Assembly (NCBI GenBank): GCA_964565195.1
Contig: CAZMCQ010000005.1
Span: 30,697-94,696, forward strand
Reading direction: 5' to 3'
Length of the DNA: 64,000 bases
Source of the DNA: an uncultured Candidatus Saccharibacteria bacterium
Lineage (GTDB): Bacteria > Patescibacteriota > Doudnabacteria > UBA920 > 2-01-FULL-46-14
The position numbers and the translations under genes were made by a program. Positions within the stretch are counted from its first letter, which is position 1; each line of letters starts with the position of its first letter. Shown here piece by piece: positions 48,802 to 58,748 of this stretch. A model generated the notes under the pieces. It did not search any database. It worked only from the letters and a program-made list of their open reading frames with translations, and had not been told where the DNA came from.

Positions 48802-49886
48802 TGCCGATCAATTATCGAAATCGCGAAGCCGAACTGGAGGGCCTGCTGTCTTTTGTGCTCGAGGCCGCGGCCTCGGATTTGCATCTTTTGGCCGGCAAGC
48901 CGCCGATTATCCGCGTGGATAGCAATTTGGTACCGGTCGAGGGCTACGGCGTGTACGACGCGGACTCGCTTGCCGATCTCCTCCTCGTGCTGTTGAACGA
49001 AGCACGCGCCATGCAGCTTCGGGAAAAACGTCAGGTGGATTTTTCCTATAGTTTTAAAGACCAGGCCCGGTTTCGGGTCAATTTGTATTACCAAAAGGGA
49101 ACGCTCGCCGGCGCGTTCCGTCACATCCCGACGAAAATCCGGACGCTTGCCGAACTCAATCTGCCCTCGCGGCTTGCGGACTTTATGAAATATCGTCAGG
49201 GACTCATCCTGATGTGCGGGCCGACGGGTCATGGCAAATCCTCAACCCTAGCCGCGCTCATTGATCTGGTCAACCACGCGCGGGCCGATCACGTTATTAC
49301 CATTGAGGACCCGATCGAATATATTTTCACCCAGGACAAATCCATCGTGAGCCAGCGGGAAGTCTATCAGGATACCGAGGGGTTCGCGCCAGCCATCCGC
49401 GCTACGCTGCGCGAGGATGTCAATGTCGTGATGGTCGGCGAGATGCGCGATCTGGAGTCCATCGCGACCACGATCACCGTGGCCGAAACCGGGCACCTGG
49501 TGCTCGCGACCTTGCACACCAATGATGCTCCGCAGAGCATTGATCGCATTATTGATGTTTTTCCGAGCCACCAGCAGAATCAGATCCGGTCGCAACTGGC
49601 GAACATTCTGATCGGGGTTGTCTCGCAGCGGCTTCTGCCGCGGATCGGCGGGGGCCGTGTCCCGGCGGTGGAGATTATGATCTCCAACTCGGCCACGAGA
49701 AACGTCATCCGCGAGGGCCGGACGTATGAACTTGCCAATATCATCCATACCAGTTCCGCGGAAGGCATGGTGAGTTTGGATCAGTCCCTCTCGGAACTCA
49801 CGCGCCGTGGGCAAGTGAAACTCGAGGATGCCATAGCGTATGCGGTCAATGCCGATTTATTTAAATCCTTAGTGAAGAGATTTTAA
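48801..49886 (+). CDS. pilT: Twitching-motility / pilus retraction ATPase PilT
   Basis: Walker A GPTGHGKSSTLAA, Walker B VVMVGEMRD, His box. About 360 aa, typical of PilT. Confidence 0.9.
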   Translation: MPINYRNREAELEGLLSFVLEAAASDLHLLAGKPPIIRVDSNLVPVEGYGVYDADSLADLLLVLLNEARAMQLREKRQVDFSYSFKDQARFRVNLYYQKGTLAGAFRHIPTKIRTLAELNLPSRLADFMKYRQGLILMCGPTGHGKSSTLAALIDLVNHARADHVITIEDPIEYIFTQDKSIVSQREVYQDTEGFAPAIRATLREDVNVVMVGEMRDLESIATTITVAETGHLVLATLHTNDAPQSIDRIIDVFPSHQQNQIRSQLANILIGVVSQRLLPRIGGGRVPAVEIMISNSATRNVIREGRTYELANIIHTSSAEGMVSLDQSLSELTRRGQVKLEDAIAYAVNADLFKSLVKRF

Positions 49887-51091
49887 TGCTGTTCGATTAC
49901 AAGGCGCGGGACGAACAGGGCGTCATCCGCAAGGGCGTGGTGGAGGCGGGATCAGAAACGCAGGCCTCGCAGATTCTCCATGACCACAACCTGGTTGTTA
50001 TTTCCCTGGAAGCCGAAGAGCCGAAACTGGATCTTGGCAAGTTTATCCCGTTCCTGGGCCGCGTGCCGCGTAAAGAGCTCGTGATTTTTTCGCGACAGCT
50101 CTCCACGCTGATCAATGCCAAGGTGCCGATTATTCAGGCCTTTGAGATTTTGTCGAGCCAGGTTACCAGCCGGAAACTGAAAGATGTGATCGGCGAGATG
50201 ATTGCCGACATCGAGGGTGGCAAAAGTTTGTCGGAAAGCATTTCCCGTTTCCCCCGCGTCTTCTCCAATCTCTACATCAATTTGGTCAAAGCCGGCGAGC
50301 TGTCTGGCACGCTCGACCAGTCGCTTCTCTATCTCGCCGATCAGGAGGAGAAAGATTATGACCTCATCTCCAAGGTGCGCGGCGCACTCACTTACCCGAT
50401 CTTCATCATCTCCGCGATCGGCATTGTCGGCGCGCTGATGTTCATTTTTGTGTTGCCGCAGATGATCTCCGTGCTCCGCGAAGCCGGCGCGGCTCTGCCA
50501 ATTACCACGAGGGTTTTAATTTTTTTGACCGATATTTTCCGCGGCTACTGGTATGTGCTCCTGCTGGGGCTTGTCGGCCTCATCGTTGGTTTCCAGTTTT
50601 ACCTTCATAGCCATTCCGGTCGGATTGTCTGGGATCACGCGATCCTGAAAATGCCGATCGTCGGCAAGCTTCTCCAGAAAATTTATATGGACCGCTTCGC
50701 GCGCAACCTCGCGACGCTCACGGCCGGCGGTATCCCGATTGTGCAGTCGCTGCATACGGTGGCGGACATTGTCGGTAACACGGTTTACCGGCGGATCATC
50801 GAGGCCGCTGCCGCCGAGGTGGAGACCGGCAAATCCATTGCCGTGGTGTTTGGCCAGCACAAGGAGATTCCCACGATCGTGACGCAGATGATCCGCATCG
50901 GCGAGCAGACCGGCTCGCTCGACGAGATTCTGGGCAAGCTGGCGCATTTTTACGACAAGGAAGTGGACAGTACGCTTTCCACATTGACCACGCTTCTCGA
51001 GCCGATTATTATGATTCTGCTCGGCTTCGCGGTTGCGGTTATGGTTGCAGGAATTTTACTTCCGATTTATAATCTAGCTAACATTCAATAA
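49886..51091 (+). CDS. pilC: Type IV pilus platform protein PilC (GspF family)
   Basis: 401 aa with two GspF repeats and 3 TM segments. Start overlaps the pilT stop (TAATG). Confidence 0.9.
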   Translation: MLFDYKARDEQGVIRKGVVEAGSETQASQILHDHNLVVISLEAEEPKLDLGKFIPFLGRVPRKELVIFSRQLSTLINAKVPIIQAFEILSSQVTSRKLKDVIGEMIADIEGGKSLSESISRFPRVFSNLYINLVKAGELSGTLDQSLLYLADQEEKDYDLISKVRGALTYPIFIISAIGIVGALMFIFVLPQMISVLREAGAALPITTRVLIFLTDIFRGYWYVLLLGLVGLIVGFQFYLHSHSGRIVWDHAILKMPIVGKLLQKIYMDRFARNLATLTAGGIPIVQSLHTVADIVGNTVYRRIIEAAAAEVETGKSIAVVFGQHKEIPTIVTQMIRIGEQTGSLDEILGKLAHFYDKEVDSTLSTLTTLLEPIIMILLGFAVAVMVAGILLPIYNLANIQ

Positions 51092-51123
51092 AGGATAAAA
51101 AATATCCACATCTTTGAGAGGGG

Positions 51124-51624
51124 GTGAAACAAAAAGTGAAAACAATCCATAATTTAGGCAAGAGTAAGGGCTTTACCCTGATTGAACTGCTGGTGGTAAT
51201 TGCGATCATCGGCATTCTGGCTGCCGTGGTTTTGGTCTCACTCAACTCCGCCCGTCAGAAGTCCCGCGATGCTAAGCGCCTCGCCGATGTCCGCCAGATG
51301 ATGACCGCTCTGGAACTTTATTTTAATGATCAGAATGCCTACCCGGCGGGCAGCAGCTTGGTCTTGGATGGCGAAGGCTTGTCAAGCACCAATGGTTGGT
51401 CAGCGACACTTGGTGGCACGACGTATATGCAGGCCACCAGTGCCGCACCGACGCCGGTTGATGGTACTTGCTCGGCAGCACAGAATTCGTACACTTACAC
51501 CGTCAACGGCACAAGCTCAAATTATAAACTTGCGTTTTGTGTTGGCGCAGCGACCGGCGGCCTTCCTGGCAGCGTCCAGCTTTACGCTTCGCCAGCCGGT
51601 ATCGCGCAGGCCGCGCCGTTCTAG
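51124..51624 (+). CDS. pilA: Type IV pilin (major pilin candidate)
   Basis: Class III signal peptide ...GKSKG|[21 protein letters not shown] with Glu5. 166 aa. Confidence 0.88.
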   Translation: MKQKVKTIHNLGKSKGFTLIELLVVIAIIGILAAVVLVSLNSARQKSRDAKRLADVRQMMTALELYFNDQNAYPAGSSLVLDGEGLSSTNGWSATLGGTTYMQATSAAPTPVDGTCSAAQNSYTYTVNGTSSNYKLAFCVGAATGGLPGSVQLYASPAGIAQAAPF

Positions 51625-51641
51625 TTTTCAGTTTGTGAACC

Positions 51642-51664
51642 CTTCTCCCAAATTTTGGGAGAAG
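51642..51664 (+). terminator. Perfect hairpin CTTCTCCCAAA-t-TTTGGGAGAAG between the two pilin genes (attenuator/terminator candidate)
   Basis: 11-bp arms, 18 nt after the pilin stop. No long T-run follows, so it is probably a partial terminator. Confidence 0.5.
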
Positions 51665-51691
51665 TCTCATGCACTTAAATTATAGAATTAT

Positions 51692-52156
51692 ATGATCAAG
51701 CAAAAAGGTTTTACCCTCATAGAACTTCTGGTCGTGGTCGCCATCATCGGCCTTTTGACCTCGATCATCAGTTTTGCGCTGAATACCTCGCGGGCCAAGG
51801 CGCGCGATGCGCGGCGGCTTTCGGATATGCAGCAGGTCAAATCCGGCCTGGACATCTATTACAGCAACGGCACGGGTTATCCGCATGATACGGAGTGGGC
51901 GACGGCGCAGAGTTCGGGCGGCCAGCTCTCCTGCGCCGGCACGGCCACGCTGCGCGTGCCGCAGGATCCGCTGAACGCGAGCCAGCCAGCCTTTGCCTAT
52001 ACGTACCAATCAGGGGGCAATGCCTACAGCGGCTGTGGCGGTACAGTTTACGCAAACTATAAAGTGCAGTTCCAGACCGAAGGGGAAACCTCGATCGGCT
52101 CAGCCGGCATTTACTACCTAAGCCCAACGGGAATCAGTACGACCGCACCGTTTTAG
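51692..52156 (+). CDS. Type IV pilin, second copy
   Basis: MIKQKG|[16 protein letters not shown]. Classical 6-aa leader. 154 aa. Confidence 0.88.
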   Translation: MIKQKGFTLIELLVVVAIIGLLTSIISFALNTSRAKARDARRLSDMQQVKSGLDIYYSNGTGYPHDTEWATAQSSGGQLSCAGTATLRVPQDPLNASQPAFAYTYQSGGNAYSGCGGTVYANYKVQFQTEGETSIGSAGIYYLSPTGISTTAPF

Positions 52157-52159
52157 GAG

Positions 52160-52912
52160 ATGGCAGTTTTCGCGGTCTTTGTCTTCGGCCTCATCATCGG
52201 CAGCTTTTTGAACGCTGTCATTTACAGACTCGCTTCGGGCGAGTCTGTGTTTGCTGCTCACTCGCGTTGTCCGCATTGTCGGCACGCCCTCGCCGCGCGG
52301 GATTTGATCCCGGTGTTGAGTTTTGCGCTCTTGCGAGGCCAATGTCGCTACTGCGGCAAAGGAATTTCCTGGCAGTATCCAATAGTTGAGCTCGCAACCG
52401 CCGCGGCATTCGTCTTGATTTATATCTCTATTCCCTATTCTCTATTCCCTATTCTTTTTAATTTTATTTTTGCCGCCCTCCTCATCCTCATCTTTGGCTA
52501 TGACCTCAAGCATTACCTCATCCTCGACAAAGTCGTGTTCCCGGCGGCGATTCTCACCCTCCTCTATCAGGGATATCTGGGGAATTTGGGAAATGCCCTC
52601 CTGGGCGCGGCATTGCTCGCTGGATTTTTCTATTTTTTGTACCTTGTCTCCCGCGGGCGATGGATCGGGGCCGGGGACGTGAAGCTCGGGATATTCTTGG
52701 GTGCGCTCGTGCCATGGCCGGTGACCGTGGCCCTGTTTTTCCTCGCTTATTTCATCGGCGCGGCTTTTGCCCTCATCCTTATCGCCCTGCGGAAAAAGAA
52801 AATGGCTGACCGCCTGCCCTTTGGCACTTTTTTAACGCTCGCCGCTTTTATTGCTATGCTGTGGGGAGAGGACATTGTTAACTGGTACTTCGTGTTGATA
52901 GGCATATCGTAA
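52160..52912 (+). CDS. pilD: Prepilin peptidase (A24 family) PilD
   Basis: N-terminal CPHCRH...C zinc motif, 8 TM helices, the conserved AGDVKL catalytic Asp region. Confidence 0.9.
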   Translation: MAVFAVFVFGLIIGSFLNAVIYRLASGESVFAAHSRCPHCRHALAARDLIPVLSFALLRGQCRYCGKGISWQYPIVELATAAAFVLIYISIPYSLFPILFNFIFAALLILIFGYDLKHYLILDKVVFPAAILTLLYQGYLGNLGNALLGAALLAGFFYFLYLVSRGRWIGAGDVKLGIFLGALVPWPVTVALFFLAYFIGAAFALILIALRKKKMADRLPFGTFLTLAAFIAMLWGEDIVNWYFVLIGIS

Positions 52913-52913
52913 A

Positions 52914-53020
52914 ATTTCTAATTTCTAATTTCTAATGAAATCCCAAATCCCAATTTCCAATTCCCAATCAAATCCCAAATCCCAATTTCCAAAATTGGTC
53001 ATTGGTCATTGGTCATTGGG
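52914..53020 (+). repeat. Three tandem-repeat tracts at the 5' end of the minor pilin gene: (ATTTCTA)3 abutting the ATG, a 32-nt tandem duplication, and (TTGGTCA)3
   Basis: 52914..52934 is (atttcta)x3. 52938..52992 holds two copies of aaatcccaaatcccaatttccaa separated by ttcccaatc. 52995..53015 is (ttggtca)x3. None of the unit lengths is a multiple of 3. Confidence 0.85.
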
Positions 53021-53510
53021 ATTTACGCTTATTGAGCTTCTGATCGTGATCTTCATCATTGGGCTACTCTCGAGCATTGTCACGGTCAATTTCAAAACCC
53101 AGCGTTCAAGCCAGGAGATCCAGATCGCGGGGCAGGATCTTATCTCCAACCTCCGCGAGATTCAAAATCTGATCCTCACTGGGAAACAGGTCGCGGGCGG
53201 CCAGGCCGCAACCGCTTATGAAATCACTTTTAGTATCGGCAGTCAGAACTACACCGTGGATTATTACCTTGGGACCGATAAAACGAGTTATAAAACCATT
53301 GCTTTGTCGCAGAACATTGCCATCGGCCAGCTGTACCGCAGCGCAGTGCCGGAAGCGCAGATGAAAATTCGCTTTGATGCACCATATGGCAAGATCACTG
53401 TGGATGGCCAAGCTAACCAGATTGGGGAAGTGCAACTTCGGCACGCTACGGAGGAGAGGGTCAGCGCAATAATCGTGGATGGCATCTCGGGTCGGATTGG
53501 GTTGAAATGA
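52935..53510 (+). CDS. Minor pilin / pseudopilin with an unusually long repeat-encoded leader
   Basis: MKSQIPISNSQSNPKSQFPKLVIGHWSLG|FTLIELLIVIFIIGLLSS. The mature N-terminus is class III pilin-like. The 29-aa leader is encoded entirely by repeat DNA. Confidence 0.75.
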   Translation: MKSQIPISNSQSNPKSQFPKLVIGHWSLGFTLIELLIVIFIIGLLSSIVTVNFKTQRSSQEIQIAGQDLISNLREIQNLILTGKQVAGGQAATAYEITFSIGSQNYTVDYYLGTDKTSYKTIALSQNIAIGQLYRSAVPEAQMKIRFDAPYGKITVDGQANQIGEVQLRHATEERVSAIIVDGISGRIGLK

Positions 53511-53534
53511 CGACCTATGGTATAATATTTAAGT

Positions 53535-53999
53535 ATGAAAAAATTACTTTTACCAATAGTCGGCATAGCGGTTTTGGTTATCGCTTATTATGCGGTTAAC
53601 AACTGGCAAAAACAGACCGCGGTGGAGAGCGACCAGGGCGGCGAGGAGTTCAAGGTGGCCAAAAAAGAAGTGAGCGCGGATGAGGCGCCGGCCGGCTTTC
53701 CTCAAGGCGTGCCGATTGAGGCGGGCGCGACGATAATTCAGAATTATGAAGCCGAGGTGAGTGATGGCCGGCATCAGGCCACGCGCGCGTTTGTCTCCGG
53801 TAAAACCGTAGCGCAAAACTATCAAGTATATTTGGACTTTTTAACTAGCGATGGCTGGGAGATAAAAAATAAATCCGGCACTGAAACCGTGGCTTCGCTC
53901 TATGCCGTCAAATCTGACAGCGAACTCACGGTGAGCATCACCAAAAACGCCGTAACTGGCGTGGTCACCGTTGATTTAAGCGTCCTGGCAAAGCAATAG
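53535..53999 (+). CDS. Membrane-anchored protein with GFP...GW motif (paralog of 58749..59264)
   Basis: N-terminal TM helix LLLPIVGIAVLVIAYYAV. ...APAGFPQGVPIEAG...YQVYLDFLTSDGWEIKNKSG aligns with TGFPDKYLPVP...FYRKLFAAEGWQNQT of the paralog. Confidence 0.6.
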   Translation: MKKLLLPIVGIAVLVIAYYAVNNWQKQTAVESDQGGEEFKVAKKEVSADEAPAGFPQGVPIEAGATIIQNYEAEVSDGRHQATRAFVSGKTVAQNYQVYLDFLTSDGWEIKNKSGTETVASLYAVKSDSELTVSITKNAVTGVVTVDLSVLAKQ

Positions 54000-54021
54000 C
54001 AAATTTCGCCAATAAAAAAAT

Positions 54022-54052
54022 GGAGCTCTTCGCTGCAAGGCAGAAGAGCTCC
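54022..54052. terminator. Bidirectional terminator between convergent genes 53535..53999 (+) and 54060..55142 (-)
   Basis: GGAGCTCTTC-gctgcaaggca-GAAGAGCTCC with an A-run upstream and TTTCGGTTT downstream. Confidence 0.65.
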
Positions 54053-54059
54053 TTTCGGT

Positions 54060-55142
54060 TTATGGCCCAGCGAGCTCGAGCGGCTCGAGCGTCGCGGGAT
54101 CAACTAAGTTCTCATACTCGCCGGCGAGGACATAGCCCGTGTCCTCAAAGTAGAGAACGAGGCGAGTTCGCTCGGCCGGGAATTTGTCGTCAGGCGAGAC
54201 GCCCGCGATAATCCGGTCATGTTTCAGCTCCTCAATGGTGTTGGGGCCACTCGAGCGCGAGATGACGCGGTTGCCGAGGAGCACTAGCACGCGCCCGGGC
54301 TTGGCGCTGGGAAATTTACCAGTTGCCACGATCGCGCTGGGCTTCATATCGCTGTAGGTGATCCAGAGCACGCCAGCATTCAGTCGCGGGCCGATTCCGC
54401 CGCCCCGGCCATATTCGAGAAAGGTGAAATCAAACCGCGCGAGCGCGAATATGATTTGCTCGCTCGCGTCGGTAAGCTTCACCTCAATGCTGTAGTCGCC
54501 TTTGGGCGTGGTGTCGTCCAGAGCCGCTTCGTAGAGAGGCGTTTTTGTCTCCGAGCCGGAAGCGAGATCCAGGACCGGGGTCGGGACGCCAAATCCAACC
54601 TCATTCCCGCCGGGTGTAAGCAGACGGAAAACAAGACGAAATGCCCCCCGGAGCGGCCGCAAGGCATAAGCCGCGATCGCGAGTGTTTTGTCGTTGCCGC
54701 CGGCAAAATGGGAGGCTGGGAACAAAATAGCTGCCGGGTTTTGCAGGAGTGGCAATTCCGTCGGATCATATACAGTCGCCATCTCCCCCAGCGCAGAGTA
54801 GCGCGGCGTCTTGCCGTTTTTGTCCAGCGTATAATAAAACCAGGCCACGCCGGGTCGGCCAAAGAAAGCGCGGTATTCGCCGGTGGCCGGGTTCAAAACT
54901 GGGATATCCGCGATTTGCGGGTATTTGGGACGAATCGCGTAGCCCGCAATCCCCGCGGCCTGCCTGATTTTTCTGGTACCGACATTCCAGATATTTGTCC
55001 AGACGAGCCCTGTGGTCGTGCTGCTTGCGACAAACATCGCGCCATCCAGCTTGCTTGCCGGCCCCAGCACGGTTTCCTGCGCCACAAGGAAACGACCGCT
55101 AAAAAGCAGAAGCAACAAAATCGGAAAATTATATCGTTTCAT
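54060..55142 (-). CDS. Secreted hypothetical protein (signal peptide MKRYNFPILLLLLFSGRFLVAQE)
   Basis: AGGAGGAAT RBS before the ATG at 55142. About 360 aa with no recognisable catalytic motif. Confidence 0.6.
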   Translation of the reverse strand: MKRYNFPILLLLLFSGRFLVAQETVLGPASKLDGAMFVASSTTTGLVWTNIWNVGTRKIRQAAGIAGYAIRPKYPQIADIPVLNPATGEYRAFFGRPGVAWFYYTLDKNGKTPRYSALGEMATVYDPTELPLLQNPAAILFPASHFAGGNDKTLAIAAYALRPLRGAFRLVFRLLTPGGNEVGFGVPTPVLDLASGSETKTPLYEAALDDTTPKGDYSIEVKLTDASEQIIFALARFDFTFLEYGRGGGIGPRLNAGVLWITYSDMKPSAIVATGKFPSAKPGRVLVLLGNRVISRSSGPNTIEELKHDRIIAGVSPDDKFPAERTRLVLYFEDTGYVLAGEYENLVDPATLEPLELAGP

Positions 55143-55268
55143 ATTCCTCCTTCGCAGTTTGAAAACAACACACCAGTGTATGCTTTGTCCGGGTAAGATG
55201 TCAAATAAAGAAAGAGAGCCCTCCGGAAAGTTCAAGAGGGCTCTCTTCGTTGTTGCGGGCGGGGTGTG

Positions 55269-55745
55269 TCAGGGCAGTCGCCTGCCCCTTTGGCCCTCTC
55301 CGGTGGGACGGGGCTCGTCGCCTATCGCTTCGTTAATGACCGCAATAGACGGCTGCAGCCAAACCCAGACGATTTCACCGTCAGTCCAGGTTACCCTGAT
55401 CTCGATCGCGAAACCAGGAATCAGGACTTGGCTTAAACGTTGACCGGGTTCTCCGAAGACGGGGCCGAAGACCGCGTCCTGCAGCGCGGGATGCCAATCA
55501 GTGTCCTGAATGACCTGACCGTCCCGCTTGTCCCGGATCGTGACTTGGATATGTCCTACAAAACCATCCGGAACTACGGATGGGATTGTTTGCACATCCA
55601 GGTCACCAATCGTCGGCGCCGGCTTCGGCCCGATTGTCTTTCCCTCTGCCGCGCTGGCGCACAGCAGGAGGGCAACAACGACACAAACGACGGACGAAAC
55701 GAACGATCGAACGAACGAAACGCCGTTAAAACGTTTGGTTTTCAT
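55269..55745 (-). CDS. Small secreted hypothetical protein (signal peptide MKTKRFNGVSFVRSFVSSVVCVVVALLLCASAAEG)
   Basis: AGGAGGG RBS. About 158 aa. Confidence 0.55.
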   Translation of the reverse strand: MKTKRFNGVSFVRSFVSSVVCVVVALLLCASAAEGKTIGPKPAPTIGDLDVQTIPSVVPDGFVGHIQVTIRDKRDGQVIQDTDWHPALQDAVFGPVFGEPGQRLSQVLIPGFAIEIRVTWTDGEIVWVWLQPSIAVINEAIGDEPRPTGEGQRGRRLP

Positions 55746-55920
55746 AGACCCTCCTACTGTGCATTTGGTGTGGCAAGGGTAGCACACCCTCTTATTTTTG
55801 TCAATCATTAAGGCAAAATTAAAGGGCGGGGAATTCGTAATGAATTCCTCGCCCTGTTTTGTTCGTTATGCACCCTCCTTTGGTGCTGTTATTGCGGCCC
55901 GCCTTCATAGGCGAGGCTCG

Positions 55921-58596
55921 CTACTGCGGCTGGCCGGGGACTGCGGCCATGGCGCCAGTCGCGAAGTTGCCGTAGAGCGCAAAGCCCCCGCATGGCGGGC
56001 CTTCCGGCTGAACCAGGTCCTGGTCAGTATCGAAGACTTGCTCCGGCAGGCAGCCAACCCGAATGAATCCTGCGGCTTGCCCGCGGGCCTCGGGAGTGAG
56101 CTCGTCAATCATCGCGACCTTGCGGCCGTAGGGGGGAAGCTGGAATTTGGCAAAGCCAATCCGTGTTCCGCCCTTGCGGTCATAGGCCTCGATGATGACG
56201 TCCACTTTCCGGCCGAGGACATTTCCTATGGCTACGCCTGTGAAGTACCCGGCTGTCGTCGCGATCTGGTTGAAGGACAGATCATGCGACGAGTAGCGCG
56301 GCACGGCGAGCACGGCCTCCTCTTTTCCCGGGCGGCTGAAACTCATTGTTGCGTGGAATTTCGGCGCCCAGGTTTCGGCCCGGATGCGGACCCCGCCGCT
56401 TACCGCGGCGTTTCCGGTAATCTGGAAGAGCTCGCGGATGTCAAGTTCGGCAAGTTCCCCGGGCTTGATCACCCATGAGACCGGATTTTGGGCGACTTCG
56501 GGCAGCAGCGCTCCAGCATCGTTTCTGGCCTCGAACGCGAGTTGAATTTGTTCGGGGCCGAGGTTCACGATCCGGGCCACAGATTGCCAGCCGTCGCCCA
56601 CAGCAAAGTGGGGAAAGACTGGCGGCGGCGCCTCGCCCTTCTGCCCGCCGGTTGAACTCACCGGCGCGGCAACATCCTGCCCCTCCAGATACGAGAAGTC
56701 GCGGCCGGAAATCGAGGTCACGGCCGAGACGAAGACGTCATTGCTTGAGCGAACCCGGACATAAGCCAGATTGGCCAAGCTTTCCACGGCCACGGTCTCG
56801 ACGGCGCCAGCGCGCAGAATTTTTGGAACAGAGAACAGCAATATGCCGCCTCTGTCGTAATACTCCACGCGCGCGTCATTGAGCGCAACCCCGGGATTTA
56901 AGAGGTAAATCTCCCGCAAAGCCCGCCCCTGCAAAAACACGAAGTCCTTGCCGGGACGAAACGCAACCGATCCGCCGTCCAAACCCAGGCTGTCCCCGAA
57001 CACAGTGAAGACCTTCCAGTCTTCCCGCGGCGCGGTGACCACGAGGTAGGCGGCCTGCGCAATAGGCGAGGCAAACCATTCGGGCACGAGTTTGGCAAGC
57101 TGCTGCTTTGGCCCGACCACTTGCGTGGCAGTGCCAAGCAGGCGGCCGGTTTTGTCAAAAGCGCGCAGTTTCACGGCTTGGCCCTCATCATCCGTGAGGT
57201 TCGTAACCGCAAGGCCTTGAAACGTCCCCACGACCGGCAGGTAATAATCCACCTCCCGGTCAACGATGATCCGCAAATCCTGCCGGACGCGCGGATCAAT
57301 CACCGTGTAGGGGACGCCGTTGACCACCGCGGCATTGCCTAGGATCCGCTGCTCCGAAGTCTTGCCCGGAAGCAGAGACGAGAGCTGCCGTTTGGGATCC
57401 ACTTGGGCGAAGATGAAGTTATTCGTGAGGCTACTCGGAATGATCCAGTAGTTCGTGGCAACAAGTATCTCATTGCTTTTTTGGACGAAAAAGGCGACGG
57501 CCTTTGTCCGAAATATCCTTCCGGTCTCATAGAGCAACCCGTCTATACCGAAGAGCAGAAATTTCTCATTCGGCCAGAAACCAAAAAACTCGCGGCGCGG
57601 GGAAAATTGGTTCGCCGGAGCATACAATGGTGCTCTTTCGGCAAGGTCGTTGAAGTTCTCCACGGCCACGGTTACACTTGGGCTGGTGCGGTAATTCGGA
57701 AACAACTCCAACCCGTTTATACTACGGATTGTGTAAGGAAATTCCACTTCGTTGTTGCCCATGGTCACGCCGAGAAACTCGCCGGCTTTCCGGTTTTGGA
57801 TCACGGGGTAGCCCATCACCCATGCGCTGGCCTTCTGCCCGTCAACTGCCGGCACGAGAGAGTCGAGGATTTGCAGAATCGCCGCTTCGGACACGACTGG
57901 AAGCCCGTTGACAGCAGTATTGAGTAGTGTCCAGAAGTCCTGCTTCCCGCTTGCACTTTCGAGCAGTTCCCACATTTGGACCAGCCCGTTTTCTGCATAG
58001 CGATTATTTACGAGATCCGAGCCAGGAGAAGGGACCCAGCGATACTGATTTTGGACCTTCGTAAATGGAGTGAGATTTGCTCGCATTACTTGCGGGCCCA
58101 TTAGGTTTGTCAGGCCGACATTCAGAAGCCCAAGCCGCTGTTCAGCGAACCGGAAATTGCCGTTGGGGTTGGCTTTGCGGAGCTGGGCAGCAATGGCATA
58201 TGCTTCTGCCACAATCCGTCCTTCAAACCACTCCGGTCCGGTGTGCCGGCCATTACCGGTTTGGTACAAGATAGCTTGTAAAACAAGCCAACCATGCAAC
58301 TCGAACCAGACCGAATGAGCAGGGAGGCCGATCTCGATAAAACCTTCCTGCATGGCAATCTGCCTGTGCTCCAAATCTTCCACAGGCACGTCTGACGTGG
58401 CGACCTCGACAACCACATCAGTGCGGGAAGGGGAGACATTGGTGATGAGTGGGATTGCCTCGCTCCACAGCGCATCAAACCGCCTTTGCAGTTCTGGCGA
58501 TCCGGGCTGCTTGTGGCGATAGGTCAACCCAGCAGCAGCGAGCGAAATAAGCGATGCAAAGAACAGCACGCCCAAAGTTATAAAAAGTTTCTGCAT
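55921..58596 (-). CDS. Large secreted protein (891 aa), function unknown
   Basis: Signal peptide MQKLFITLGVLFFASLISLAAA. Long ORF with native GC. No motif recognised by eye. Confidence 0.65.
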   Translation of the reverse strand: MQKLFITLGVLFFASLISLAAAGLTYRHKQPGSPELQRRFDALWSEAIPLITNVSPSRTDVVVEVATSDVPVEDLEHRQIAMQEGFIEIGLPAHSVWFELHGWLVLQAILYQTGNGRHTGPEWFEGRIVAEAYAIAAQLRKANPNGNFRFAEQRLGLLNVGLTNLMGPQVMRANLTPFTKVQNQYRWVPSPGSDLVNNRYAENGLVQMWELLESASGKQDFWTLLNTAVNGLPVVSEAAILQILDSLVPAVDGQKASAWVMGYPVIQNRKAGEFLGVTMGNNEVEFPYTIRSINGLELFPNYRTSPSVTVAVENFNDLAERAPLYAPANQFSPRREFFGFWPNEKFLLFGIDGLLYETGRIFRTKAVAFFVQKSNEILVATNYWIIPSSLTNNFIFAQVDPKRQLSSLLPGKTSEQRILGNAAVVNGVPYTVIDPRVRQDLRIIVDREVDYYLPVVGTFQGLAVTNLTDDEGQAVKLRAFDKTGRLLGTATQVVGPKQQLAKLVPEWFASPIAQAAYLVVTAPREDWKVFTVFGDSLGLDGGSVAFRPGKDFVFLQGRALREIYLLNPGVALNDARVEYYDRGGILLFSVPKILRAGAVETVAVESLANLAYVRVRSSNDVFVSAVTSISGRDFSYLEGQDVAAPVSSTGGQKGEAPPPVFPHFAVGDGWQSVARIVNLGPEQIQLAFEARNDAGALLPEVAQNPVSWVIKPGELAELDIRELFQITGNAAVSGGVRIRAETWAPKFHATMSFSRPGKEEAVLAVPRYSSHDLSFNQIATTAGYFTGVAIGNVLGRKVDVIIEAYDRKGGTRIGFAKFQLPPYGRKVAMIDELTPEARGQAAGFIRVGCLPEQVFDTDQDLVQPEGPPCGGFALYGNFATGAMAAVPGQPQ

Positions 58597-58679
58597 TTTT
58601 TCCTCCCTAAGGTTTTAAACTGCAATCTGTTAAAATTCAGGAAGCTACTTTAGCACAGATACAGCAAAAGGTCAATTGC

Positions 58680-58708
58680 TTGCATTTTAATGAAGAAAAT
58701 GCTATAAT
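58680..58708 (+). promoter_or_regulatory. Sigma70-like promoter TTGCAT-N17-TATAAT for ORF 58749..59264
   Basis: ttgcattttaatgaagaaaatgctataat in an AT-rich divergent intergenic region. Confidence 0.5.
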
Positions 58709-58748
58709 TATAATAGATTAGTGATTAGTCAAAAATTTTAGAAACAAA

